A stretch of DNA of 64,000 nt from NCBI GenBank assembly GCA_030141605.1, contig JAQGDQ010000170.1:62001-126000 (forward strand). Reading direction: 5' to 3'. Below are positions 26,741 through 39,705 of this stretch, one piece after another (within the stretch, counting starts at the first letter, position 1; each line of letters opens with the position of its first letter). The notes below the pieces were generated by a model. The model was not told where the DNA came from, searched no databases, and saw only the letters and a program-made list of their open reading frames with translations. Made by a program: the position numbers and the translations under genes. The stretch comes from Tubiluchus corallicola (lineage: Eukaryota; Animalia; Priapulida).

Positions 26741-27853
26741 ACCTTACCTTAGACCTTAGTCCTTCCTGCGCATTGATGCATATTGGGCAGACAGCATTTT
26801 CCACTGAGTTCTATCGGCGGCTTCGTTCTCTACGTTTTCCCAACGTATGTTGACAGCTCGAAGGTCTTCTTTGAAGGATCTGCGCCACGTTGTTTTTGGC
26901 CGACCTCTTTTTCGTTTCCCACCAGGTGGTTCCCACTGTACTGCTGTTTTGGCGTAACGACTTTCTGATAGACGGAGAATATGTCCAGCCAGTTTCATTC
27001 TTCTCTCTGTAACTATATCTTGTAACCGCAATGACTGCGCTCGTTGAAGAACTTCTACATTGGTGACATGGTCGCGGTAGGAGATTTTTAGTATCTTTCG
27101 AAGGCATTTTTGGTGGAAGACGTTCAGTTTCTTTGATAACTCCGCTGTGACTTTCCAGGTTTCGCTGGCATCTTCCTAAATACTGCTGTTGCTTTGCCGA
27201 TTCTCCCCCTGATGTCATTTTCTGTACCTCCATTACAGGTCATCACACTGCCCAGATATGAAAACTGGTAACGTTCTTAACCATTTGGCCTCCCACTGTT
27301 ATATGTACATCATTTGTTGGTTTGTTTTTTGGTTTTTTTGTTTTTTTTTTTGGTTGTGTTTTGTGGGTTGGGTTTTTGGTGTGTGGGTGTTTTGTCAATA
27401 AAATTGATTAATAAGGGCGTTGGAATTCCATACATTGCTCAATGATGTTTCTGAGAGTGAATATCTGTTCACAGCATGATCTTCCTTTTCTAAATCCAGC
27501 TTGTTGTTCTCTTAGTCTTATATCAACAGCATCTCTCAACCGATCTAGCAGTTGGTTTTGGTTTGTGGTTTTTTTTTTGTTGTGGTCCCTTTTTTAGGCA
27601 ACTTCACGATGACTCCATTTCTCCAATTTCGGGGACCTTTGTTGTTCCAGCAGCTGTTCAGGAGCTTTGTCATTGATCGTGTTATCCCTTTATTACCGTG
27701 TTTCAGGAGCTCAGCTGTTATTTGGTCCTCTCCAGCTGCTTTGTTGTTCTTTAGTTTTTTGATGGCAGTTTCGACTTCCAGTTCACTGATGTTGTCCAAT
27801 CTTACATCTAGCTGTTGTTGTCCAATTTCATTCTCAAAATTGAATAATGTCAT
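26741..27853 (-). mobile_element. RTE-clade LINE, 5'-truncated and internally deleted
   Basis: AIKKLKNNKAAGEDQITAELLK, GVIVKLPKKG, LAGHILRL and KRKRGRPKTTWRR; 3' tail of TAAGG-type repeats. Confidence 0.9.
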
Positions 27854-28593
27854 AGCTCAGAGCTCCTTAAAATTGTTTCATTTCTTAGGGTTGAAATCAG
27901 AGTTATTTGATATTTGCGCGGTTGTTCTGGATAAACACAGCGATTTTTGACTGATCTTCAATGGTATCGGCGCCTCCTGGCGGGCATAGACTTAAGAGAA
28001 AGTTTGTAGCATTTCTGCCTCAAGTCGTACTTTGTAAGAGCATCAAGGGGTCTTACCGGGAATTACCTGCAACACATACATACTTCTATAGGCATATAGA
28101 AATGTGTCTACGGAATTTGGAATTTGTTTATTAGTATACATGTTACACAAGCAACGTGAAAAATTCAAATATTTTATCAAATTCCTAAGCATTCCATATA
28201 ACACTTATGCATTTCGGAAAAAGTGTGAAACAGCCCTTTTTGCAGTGACTTTTTCACACTTTACTTAGTCATTTTTACCGTTAGGATTCATATAAAATGC
28301 GTATAGTCTTACAAAACAAAAATCTTCTACAAATATACTCTTGCATAGCTAACGGATAGGATTGTTTAATGTACAAAAGCACACATAGTATACAAACAGT
28401 AACGATTTTTATGGGCAAAGCTTACAGTACAGCTCGAAACGTTTGACAAGTATTAGTTTACATCAGTTTGACATTTTATATTTTTAATAAAAGTTGTTTT
28501 CTTTCAATAACACTGTGGAAAGCCTGTAAAACTGTCCATTGATTTGTTTTAATACTGGAGTGCAATAATGAACTAGCATACAGTAGGATCACG

Positions 28594-28965
28594 CAGGGGC
28601 GGAACTAGATGTGGAAAGGGGGGGGGCGCAAAAATTTTCTGGGAGGGCGAGGTATCCGAAGTGGTTAAATAATGATTAAGCCAATTTTAACCCCTTTTAT
28701 ACTGCATGCAGGCCTATAATTAGCATGTGTGTAGGACGGCGTAGCGGACAAAGCAATAATGAGAAAATTAACTCTCAGTTAACCTAACGTTATTAATGGC
28801 GCGCCGTTTGCCAGTATTGACAAGTATTGAGAACTGATCTTGAGAATAAAGCAGTTTTTCTTTCAATTGTTCTGTCCTTTAACAACTGTATAACTCCATT
28901 TTTTCTCTTCGAAAATGCTTCTCTGGCGTTCTAGCAGTTTAAAAATGCCAACCATGGTACCGTTC
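28594..28965. mobile_element. hAT-like fragment sharing an internal core with 35143-35582 and 59961-60493
   Basis: Starts CAGGGGCGGA; 28799-28960 matches about 60248-60418. Confidence 0.6.
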
Positions 28966-29138
28966 TTGAAAAAGTAAAAAAACTCGAATCTATATAAGTT
29001 AATATTAAATATGTTTGTATATTGTTGTTACTGATTATTAATAAACGAAAGTTAGTGTGAATTATACTGGTACAATTTATACGCATTACTGCATGCTCCT
29101 ATGTAGCAAGTTTGCAACTCTTGTATATCACGAGCATC

Positions 29139-29335
29139 TGCTTATACACAATTACGGCGTTGAAGATACCGGTTGTTCAAATTACGTTGATGACAAGGGT
29201 TCTCGTCTGATCACCGAAGTTAAGCAATGCCGATGCGGGTTAGTACTTGGATGGGTGACCGACTATGAATACCAGGTGCTGGAGGTTCAAATCACGTTGA
29301 AGACGTAGTAAGTATGGGGTTCTCGTCTGTAGGCT
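29139..29335 (+). pseudogene. Rearranged 5S rRNA pseudogene or 5S-derived SINE head
   Basis: GTTCTCGTCTGATCACCGAAGTTAAGCA...GGTTAGTACTTGGATGGGTGACCG...GAATACCAGGTGCTG (29199-29281) matches animal 5S rRNA, including boxes A and C. The 5' part and the final TGTAGGCT are separated from it by inserts. Confidence 0.85.
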
Positions 29336-29949
29336 AAAACAGGTCCTGCTAATTATAACCCAGTAAAATGATGGTTAAATGAAGGTGGAACGGAGAAACA
29401 AAGAACTAAACAAACAGGCAACCCTCGCGCGAGACTACTGCGCATGCGTCAGATCAATGGCGTATAACTAGCAGGTAAATACCGGTATATATTATTTTTA
29501 CCGCAACTTGCGAAGTATGTTCTCCATTTCTAATATCAATGGAGCGTTTATGCGCAGAGTCAACAAACTTTTTGAACAGTACTCACAGTGTGTGTTGTGT
29601 CCTAGCAGCAGTAACTGAGTAGTCGTGGTATCATTATCGCTGAAATTTCAAAAATATTTTTACACATTATGCATAATGGATAGTTGCGCAAAATGAACTG
29701 AAAAATTTCGGCTAACATCAAATCTAAGTTTTTACGTTTGCTGTTTCAAGAGTGTGTAGTTTTTCAAGTATCGCCACACTGACATGCAGAATGTTGTGTA
29801 AACACTTTTGGAAAAATAAAAAACGTTTTCATTCAAAAGTTTGTATATAAATATAATTATTTTAATTATCATTGTAACTTTGTACATGTAGTTTGCGTTT
29901 CCGCCTCGCTTAAAGAGTATCCGCAACGGAGTTCAGTGTGTTTAAACGA

Positions 29950-30707
29950 CTTATCTTATCTTATCTTATCTTATCTTATCTTATCTTATCTTATCTTATC
30001 TTATCTTATCTTATCTTATCTTATCTTATCTTATCTTATCTTATCTTATCTTATCTTATCTTATCTTATCTTATCTTATCTTATCTTATCTTATCTTATC
30101 TTATCTTATCTTATCTTATCTTATCTTATCTTATCTTATCTTATCTTATCTTACCTTACCCTACCCTACCTTACCTTACCTTACCTTACCTTACCTTACC
30201 TTACCTTACCTTACCTTACCTTACCTTACCTTACCTTACCTTACCTTACCTTACCTTACCTTACCTTACCTCACCTTACCTTACCTTACCTTACCTTACC
30301 TCACCTTACCTTACCTTACCTTACCTTACCTTACCTTACCTTACCTTACCTTACCTTACCTTACCTTACTTTACCTTACCTTACCTTACCTTACCTTACC
30401 TTACCTTACCTTACCTTACCTTACCTTACCTTACCTTACCTTACCTTACCTTACCTTATCTTACTTTACTTACCTTACTTACTTACCTTACCTTACCTTA
30501 CCTTACCTTACCTTACCTTACCTTACCTTACCTTACCTTACCTTACCTTACCTTACCTTACCTTACCTTACCTTACCTTACCTTACCTTACCTTACCTTA
30601 CCTTACCTTACCTTACCTTACCTTACCTTACCTTACCTTACCTTATCTTATCTTATCTTATCTTATCTTATCTTATCTTATCTTATCTTATCTTATCTTA
30701 TCTTACC
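29950..30707. repeat. Pentanucleotide satellite (TCTTA)n-(CCTTA)n-(TCTTA)n
   Basis: Seen directly. Confidence 0.98.
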
Positions 30708-31329
30708 TTTAGTAATATTTCACTTTACAACTGCTTATTAATCTGAGTTATTTATTAGAAGCGGAAGTAACGTAAAAAAGAAATTTAAAATGTGTTTTAG
30801 AATTTGCTACTAGCTTTGCTATACGAGAAAAGTTTAAGAAATTTTGGTAGTAAAAAATTCGCCTTCCAAATAATATCGTTAATAATTATAAAATATATTG
30901 ATTAATTATAAAATACCAATATATTTATATTCAGTTACGTGTTATATTCAGTATGCTAATCCATGTAATACTGAATGAGGTTTCTATATTCATTATCGAT
31001 CTTTCATTCGTATAAAATTTAATACAACAGTGATTTTTAGTGTAGATAATTAATACGATAAAATTAAAAATAATTTAGTGATTAAGAAAAAAGATAACGA
31101 AGTCCATACATATGGTCATACATGCTATATGTAGTTGTTTACACATTCATAAAATGCTATATGTAGTTGTTTACACATTCATAAAATGCTCTTCTAACTT
31201 TTCGTTTTACAAGAAAAAAGGATTGAACAAGTTTCCAAACTTTGTTACCCCTTACCCGTTTTGTTATTGATCGCGGGTTACTCTTCCCTTTTGCTGTTAA
31301 AAATCCGAACATTTCGACAGACTGTAAAG

Positions 31330-31828
31330 CAGGGGTGTGCAAATTATCTGACTAGCCGGGCCACATTAAACTTTCCCGCAATTCCTGCGGGCCACATGCA
31401 GTTTGGTCAAGGAGCCAAGTTGATCAAGGAGCCAAGTACACAAAGGCCTAATAACGATTTTTTTGCATCCGACCTGCGTACATCATTACTACTACACTCA
31501 AGAAACTATTTTAGAAGTTATTAAAATTTATATTACAAACCATATGTTTCTACTTTCAGGACAGATAGTGGTAATTTCATTACAATGCATATTAGTAATG
31601 TGTATCACACAGTCTGTGTAGTACAGTGACATTAAGCTACAACCATCTTGTAAGGGTTAATGGCATCTGATCTAGTAGAAAAAACTACCCGCACTATCTT
31701 TGGGATCGTGGCACGGACTTCAGCTGGATACACTCAATTAATCGCCCAGGCCGCAGTTTCACTAGGTTGACAAACCTCTTTGCGGGCCGCACAAATTCTC
31801 TGGGCGGGCCGCAATTTGCACACCCCTG
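31330..31828 (+). mobile_element. hAT MITE family H, copy 1
   Basis: TIR CAGGGGTGTGCAAATT / AATTTGCACACCCCTG; perfect 8-bp TSD CTGTAAAG. Confidence 0.92.
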
Positions 31829-32003
31829 CTGTAAAGTGTCACAAAATGCGATTTTTCCTAAACTTTTCATTTCGCGACGAAGATTACGCATATCCGCACT
31901 GTTCGTGCACGATGAATTATATACTATCAAGAGCATATCATTGTACGTGCCGATAAGGTGTGAATGTGGCTTAAGACTTTTGCCAATAACGTTTTTTGCA
32001 GAT

Positions 32004-35000
32004 ATGGCGGAAGTAGAAACATCAACCACCAACAAACCTGTCAAGAATTTACTTCTATTTCTCCTTGTGGCGTTCGTCGTCGGTAAGTTGTCAAGTAAGT
32101 GTTCGTGTCAACTTTTGACAATTAAGACAAATTGACAATTAAAAGACACTAGTGCACTAAACCAGGTTATTTAGCCAAACATACGTAATTAATGCGCAAT
32201 GTGAACTCACTCGCTTTGTCACGTCAACTTACTTAATTCTTGTCTCCAAAGTGACCTAAATGTTTATTTTATTTTATAGCCTTTTCACATATAGTTAACC
32301 CGTTGTAAATTCTTGCGCGCTTATATAATTTCTTATATAACTGTTGCTGTTGTTGATGATGCTGATGATGATGATGGTCGTGGTAGTGGTGGTGGTGGTC
32401 GTGATCGTGGTCGTGGTAGTGGTGATAATGATGATGATGATGATGATGATGATGACGCATGATGATAATGGTGTGATGATAATGATGATAAAAATGACGA
32501 TAATGACTGATGATGTTGATAGTGATGAATGATGATGATGGATGGTGGTGGCGGTGGTGGTGATGATGATGATGATGATGGTAGTGATGGTTGTGGTGAT
32601 GATGATGATGATGATGATGATGATCGTGGTAGTGGTGGTGGTCGTGATCGTGGTGGTGGTAGTGGTGATAATGATGATGATGATGATGATGATGACGCAT
32701 GATGATAATGGTGTGATGATAATGATGATAAAGATGACGATGATGACTGATAATGTTGATAGTGATGAATGATGATGATGGGTGGTGGTGGCGGTGGTGA
32801 TGATGATGATGATGATGGTGGTGGTGATGATGATAATGACAATGATACTGATGATGATGATGGTGATAATGATGATAAAAATGACGATAATGACTGATGA
32901 TGTTGATAGTGATGAATGATGATGATGGATGGTGGTGGCGGTGGTGGTGATGATGATGATGATGATGATGATGATGGTAGTGATGGTTGTGATGATGATG
33001 ATGATGATGATGATGAGGATGATGATGGTGAACCTTCACTTAAAAATTAAAACACAACTTTTAGCCGAGTTGTTATTTGCTAGTTTCCAAGGGACACTTA
33101 TGTGCAAGTGGGTCGTGTTGTGAAGACATTTTACATATTGACTATCATATTTCTTTATTGTCATATTTTCTTCACTAATTGTATCTCTTCTTGTCATTAA
33201 GAATTATGTCCGTGTTTATTATACAGTAACTTTAATTCGTAAACAAACAAGCAAGTACACGAGCTCGTCTTTGGATCTTTGCGTACTGTCCATTTCTTAT
33301 CATTTAAATCTTGTGAACTGCCCTTTTTAGATATAACCAGTTTTGAAGTTCATTGTCATAGCGCACAATGTTAGAACAATTTGTCGTAGTCGCTTGTACT
33401 TTGAAATCATTCGTGGTTTATGTCCATAGCTCAGTCCATTCACCTTTGCCTACATGTTTGACTACAATGCGCACTATGATAATTCCACACCGCGATTATC
33501 ATGCTTACGAGGACCAGAATTTTCACACTAACCCTCCGTCGGGTAATCCTAGGCTTTTCCTAGCCCATAGGAGTCTACTTTTTATATTTTGCAGGACGAC
33601 AGGACGTGTAGGTGTATTATTTTGTTATTGATTGATTGATTGATTGATTGATTCTTTTCAAAATAGTATTACAATGTAGTAGAAGAGAAAAGGGAGAAGC
33701 CACCCAGGCAGAGCACTTATAGGTGGCTCTCTGTTAACAAGTTACGATCAAATTTACAAAGTTGTAACACATTGATTTCCCCCCCCCCCTAACAATGATA
33801 TAAAATATTTAACATTAGAGACATCAACTGTGTCATAAGTTAATGTACTTCGTTTACTGTATTTCCTGTACAGCTTATGATTTATGACTATGCAATAATG
33901 ACTTTATTGTAGTATGATACAATAGCCTAAATGGATGTCATCGGTATAGAGTTCAAAAGCTGAAACGCAAAGCACCCTTCCCTTCCTACTCATTCACTAC
34001 TTGTTTATTCACTTTTACTTTTTTACACATTTTTCTTCGCCTGTTCGTCTAGTAGTTTTGTGGTATTTCGTGAGCAATTAAAAATTCCTAAATTCTAAAT
34101 CAAACTCAGTTAAACGTAATAAACGAACTTAATTAGATTACCATTTATGAGCAAAAAGTCGGGAATAAGTACTATTGTATTGAAAATCAAATGTTTAATC
34201 AATCAGCCAGAATCATACGTGTGAAAGTGCCTCTAACAGGCCCATTACGTCACAGCCTCTGATGATTTTTCCGTATTGCCGTTGCCGTTTACTGCCCCCC
34301 CCCCAGAGAGCTCTCAGTATTGCAAGCCGTATGTAACTTAGCTGCATATTATCCGTTAAGCTGTTTGCATTTCTGAAATCATTGATACTGGTTTAACTTT
34401 AAACTGGTTTAAAACTTCCCAGGAGCCTCCATGGAGATGATTAGCAAAATCAGCAAAATCAGCAACTCACGTGATCAAATAGACGCAGACACTGGAGCTC
34501 ATGTTTTTCTTGCAGATTAAAGGAAAAGCGTACCCATTCTTAAGCTGTAGGTCAAAACAATCTGAACTTTAAAATACTGAAAGGGCTAATTCTTCGCTGC
34601 TATTCCCTAGTTATATGGGCACTAGGCTCTGCATTTCGGAAACGCGCTGCACGAAAAACAGGTACTGTACCTCTCAGTTTAGAGGTGTTCAGTTGCGGCG
34701 TAGTGCATCTACGTTCGAGATCTCGCGCTGAGCACAGCGGTAAATTTGAAATTTGAATTTTTATCTTAAAACTAAACGTGTACTTTAGTTTTCGCTTTTG
34801 CAAACGCGCACAACACGCCCATGGAAAGTTTGTACTATTGAAAATTATGTTCGTTTGTGACGTCATCAACAGTTGGGCTCGCCCGCCGTTAATTAAGTTT
34901 TTAAACTATTATTTATTTATCAGAAACGCTTTTGTAGTATTACTGGTGTTAAAATGAAAATGGGGCAGGATATGAAATACCGCCCAGTCTTCCTTGGTGA

Positions 35001-35404
35001 AATGGTGGGAAATGGTGGACCAGGAACACACCATTATTTCGAAAAGGGAGGCAGTGGTCGTGGGCACCTTTTACTAAACGGCCTAAAATGCAAATGAGAC
35101 GTGGACGAGCTTTATCATAACGTGTTGAACTTGTGGTGGCAGCAGAGCTTATTTCAGCCTAGGCGAGGCCCGGGGAAGTGGGGCGTGTGAGGCCCCATCG
35201 GGGGGGGGGCGTCGAAACGCCGGGGGGGTGCTACCATGGTTGGCGCCCAGAAAATTTGTGAACTGCCAGAACGCCGGAGAAGCATTTTCGAAGAGAAAAT
35301 ATGGAGTTATACAGTTGTTAAAGGAAAGAACAATTGAAAGAAAAACTGCTTTATTCTCAAGACCAGTCCTTAATACTTGTCAATACTGGCAAACGGCACT
35401 CGTG

Positions 35405-35494
<90 letters not shown>

Positions 35495-37162
35495 GGAGGC
35501 AGTATGTTCGCATAAAGCAAAAAAACATGTTACCTTGACGCGAGGCCCCGGGGAAGTATCCCCCCTCTTGAAATAGGCCCTGGGTGGCAGCCCAAATAAT
35601 AAAAACCTTGTACAAGTGTAGCATTTTATATCTTGTAGTAACTACTTTCAATATTATTAATATTGCGATAATTTTTAATTACTTACATCACCATTGCGTT
35701 ACTGCGAACGCGGAAAAAAACAAAAAAACTTTGTTCACAAAACCAATTCTAACGTAATTGGCAACGTTTATTTAAATAATGTACTTTTTTAAAAACGTGA
35801 AAGAAGAGAAATATCTTGATAAACAGGGAATATAGGAATGATCGTGACAGACAGATAGACAACCAGCTTTCTTTTACGCAAGGTCAAACAAATTGATGAG
35901 AAATTTTTCAAAATGTAGCGTAAACGTAAAAATGAAATTGTTTGTATCGGATTGCTCAAACACTTACTGTGCATCTGTACGGTACAAATTTTATAATTAC
36001 AGTTTTAGTTAAATAAAAAAGGTAGCCGCAAGTTGTTGTAGCTACAATATGACTGTTCAGCAAGGGGAATGAGTGTTAGCATACACATGCATAGAATAGC
36101 ATAGGTTAGCACTGAAAGGTTAGCATACACATGCCGTATTTAATACTATAATGCGAATATGTGCTTATTCGGTTAAAAACAGGCTATAAAGGTTACAATG
36201 CTGAGTGAATGAAGGTTTCAATTCACCTGCACTGACTGAAAATTTTATAAGCGCTAAGTAGGCCAACATAACTTTTAGTATAACGTTTTTACTGATATTT
36301 TATCTTATATATGATACAGTGCAACGTACACTTTTTAGTAGTACCTTTAGTTTTGAGATTACTGTTGCTTTATTGCATATAATGGGGGGGGGTGATTGTG
36401 TGTCTTGTACATAGTAGTGTGTTTTTACTAATTTTATACTGTGTGATACCTTTTATTTTGTACGTTTTAGCCGCTGTTTTATGTGAAAGAAATTGTGAAG
36501 TAAAGGTTTAACTTCATAAATTCAAATATATTGCATAACTCATTCGAATTCCACACACATTTGAACCGAGTTTAACGCTCGCTCGCTCGGCAAATAAACT
36601 AAAGACCAGTTTAGTCAGCTAACAGACAAAAATAGATCAAAAATTACTTTCAAAGATGCTTAATGTCTTCGACTATATTTCGGTTGCTAAACGTCTACAC
36701 TGTATAACCTGCAGCACAATTATGACTTTGTACCTCCATTACTTGTTCTTCACTAAGTAATCATAGATTTGTTAAAGTCTCTAAAAAGATGTGAAACGTC
36801 GTGTACATATTGCTGTTTCAAAGCTTGTACACTCTCATTTTCTGTCATAGAGTAATGTTCTTTGAAATTAGCATTGATTCCTTTTACACATTTCAGTTTG
36901 TCTTTCTGTTGATGCATTACATAAAGATCTTGTCTCATAAGCGTCAACTGGTAAAACAATACTGATTTTCAGTTGATAAAATTGTCAATCTGGGTGGTTC
37001 ACTCAGGGCCGGCCTTAGATAATTGGAGGCCCTAGGCGAAGTGAATTTGGTGGCCCCAAATGAAATAGAAAAAAAAATAAATACGAAAAAAATAAAATTT
37101 CGCAATTTATTAAAAACTACCTGTATTTATATCAGAGAGAGAGGGGGGAGAGGAAGACAGAC

Positions 37163-37224
<62 letters not shown>

Positions 37225-37247
37225 ACAGAGAGAGAGAGAGAGGGAGA

Positions 37248-37301
<54 letters not shown>

Positions 37302-38821
37302 GAGGAAGAGAGAGAGAGCGACAGACAGACAGAGAGAGAGAGGAGGCAGTATGTTCGCATAAAGCAAAAAAAAATGTCACCTCGGCGTGAGGCCCCCTGG
37401 AGGGTGAGGCCCTAGGCGGTTGCCTAGTTTGCCTATGCTTAAGGCCGGCCCGGGGTTCACTATACCACCTGACACAATATACGTTCCCATCTCCTACTTT
37501 GATTATTAGAGTGGTGCATTGTGTTTTAAAAAGCTTTACAATAATCTTGATTTTCGATTGTACTTGTACATGTAAAACAATGATTTTTGCAGGGTGGTCA
37601 TTACTCAACAATGATACTGTTCCAAATATGCGGCGTCCCAGTCTACGCATTTCTGTTGCCACTCATCTTGCAGAAGCAGATGGCGCATCTAACAGAAAAA
37701 CGTTGGAAAAATTCAGCACTAATCGCACCGTCAGCCAAGAAACGACCGACGAACCAGTGAAGGTGGAAGAGAATCAGACTCATGTTTTGCTGAAAAGGAG
37801 GAAAAAGATTTTGCTTTGGGGAGATCTTCATCATCATCACTTTGGTCTTGGACACGAGCCGTTTGAAATGTACTGCCATGACATGCTGGGAATGGAAGAC
37901 AACTGTGAATATACAAACAATCGCAGCTTACTGGAAGATGCTGATGCTGTGGTCTTCAGCACCCACAGCCGTTTCCAGCTGCCCTTGGACAGGAGAAAAG
38001 AAAATCAATATTGGATATTCCATGCTGGGGAGGCTCCAGCAAGAGTGTGTAGCACGGAGTCCTGCAAACAGGGAATTCGGGATTTGTCTGGGATATTTAA
38101 CTGGACGAACACGTACAGACATGATGCTGACTGGAGAACTTACCATGGCGCGGTGATACCATTGGAACCGGGTGATTTACCTCCCGATTCAGATTTTGAT
38201 TATGCAGCCGGAAAAGATCGTCTGGTCGCTTGGTTGGTGTCGCACTGTAACACAAGTAGCCATCGGGAGGATTATGTGAGAACCCTGCAGAAGTATATTA
38301 CTGTTGACATCTATGGCAAATGTGGACCGTATAAGTGTCCTCATAATACGAAATGTCTTGAAATGATAGAGAAGAGGTATAAGTTCTATCTTTCCTTCGA
38401 GAACAGCTTATGCAGAGATTATGTGACTGAAAAGTATTTCAGGATGACCAAATACAAGATTGTTTCCATAGTGATGGGAGGCATCAATGGTGGCGACATC
38501 TATAGTCGCGTAGGTCCAAAAAACTCCTTCATTAACGTCTTTGACTTTCCCTCAGCTAAACATCTAGCGGAATACCTTAAATTTCTCGATAAAAATGACG
38601 ATGAATACAACAAGCTGCATTCTTGGAGACGGAAATATAAGAATGGTTGGAAGTTTGGTTGGAGCCATTGTGCACTTTGTGAAAAATTAAACGACCCACT
38701 GTTGAAACCAAAAGTTTATGATAATTTGTACAAGTGGTGGCTTGAGGATGACAAGTGTGTCAATGGACGATGGGATAGCGAAGGAAGATGGATTGGAGAA
38801 CAACATGGTGTGAAAGAATGA
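32004..38821 (+). CDS. Alpha-1,3/4-fucosyltransferase (GT10), type II Golgi membrane protein; exons 32004-32082 and 37593-38821
   Basis: GT10 motif YKFYLSFENSLCRDYVTEKYF, plus FNWTNTYRHDAD, VAWLVSHC, VDIYGKCG and SFINVFDF. Exon 1 MAEVETSTTNKPVKNLLLFLLVAFVV+G|gtaagt joins ttttgcag|GG in phase 1 and completes the signal anchor. The exon 1 link is inferred. Confidence 0.92.
32340..33030. repeat. (GAT/GGT)n microsatellite with a higher-order period of about 240 bp
   Basis: The lines starting at 32461 and 32701 are nearly identical, with a partial third copy at about 32870. Located in the fucosyltransferase intron. Confidence 0.95.
34521..34994 (+). mobile_element. Kolobok-like family K, copy 3 (deleted)
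   Basis: ttaa|AGGAAAAGCGTACCCATTCTTAAGC..., colinear in blocks with copies 1 and 2. Confidence 0.7.
35143..35582 (+). mobile_element. hAT MITE with internal (GA)n
   Basis: TIR CAGAGCTTATTTCA / TGAAATAGGCCCTG; perfect TSD GGTGGCAG. Confidence 0.88.
37004..37453 (+). mobile_element. hAT MITE with internal (GA)n
   Basis: TIR CAGGGCCGGCCTTA / TAAGGCCGGCCCGG; perfect TSD GGTTCACT. Confidence 0.88.
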
Positions 38822-39246
38822 CGGTTTAGTTCATGATATTAAACCACACATAAAGCGTTAGAAGTCACATTCTAAACAAAACAATTTTTTATTCGTGAAA
38901 ATAATTCAAATGTGGCATTTGTAACATCTTTCGCCACGTGCAGGTTTCTTCTGCTACGACACCATTAATCTAACACTTACAAAAAACTTGAAGTTGAAAT
39001 TCAATTCAAGTATCAAATTTCACCGAACTCCGCGACATATGGTGCTAGACCCATTAGTGAGCCACCAGTGCAATTCGGGAAAGTGAAACGTGAGAGAAAC
39101 TCACAAAATCCGTGGACTAAAGGATTGGGAATCACAGTAAAACGTGACAAAATGGGAAAAAGTGATAAAAATTACAATAGAACTAGACGAAGATTGTATT
39201 ACTCAAAACAACAGGTCACAAAAGTTAACTGTGATTAAAAAAGGAT

Positions 39247-39521
39247 AGATACAAGAGAATGGTATGGTCACTGTCGTAGTTTAAAAGCACTTACTTTTGT
39301 GAATCAGTGAGATGTTTGTGAGCAGTATAGTCAACAACAGATACAAGAGAATAGTGTGCTCACTGTCGTAGTTTAAACGCACTTACTTTTGTGAGTCAGT
39401 TAGATGTTTGTGAGCAGTATAGTCAACAACAGATACAAGAGAATAGTGTGCTCACTGTCGTAGTTTAAACGCACTTACTTTTGTGAGTCAGTGAGATGTT
39501 TGTGAGCAGTATAATCAACAG
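39247..39521. repeat. 92-bp tandem repeat, 3 copies
   Basis: Units start with agatacaagagaat at 39247, 39339 and 39431. Confidence 0.93.
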
Positions 39522-39705
39522 TCAAAGATTCTAGTCACGTTATTAAATGACGTTGAAACTTTAATGTATTTTGGAATTTAATGATTTTTGTTTTCTTTTT
39601 CAGTTATTTTTATGTTTATCTGACTTGCTATTATATGTAGCCTATTATATTGTCTTGGCACCTGACACTATTCGTACCCTGTCATTATTCAAACACGGAT
39701 TAATG

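Noticed and set aside
29950-30707. Arthropod telomeric repeat, or LILSY/LTLPY repeat proteins
   Set aside because: The motif is (TAAGG)n/(TAAGA)n, not (TTAGG)n. The ORFs are satellite translations.
32269-33123. His-rich metal-binding protein
   Set aside because: (GAT)n satellite in the fucosyltransferase intron, without supporting gene structure.
39247-39521. Repeated ncRNA or CRISPR unit
   Set aside because: Simple three-copy tandem repeat with no spacers or recognisable RNA motifs.
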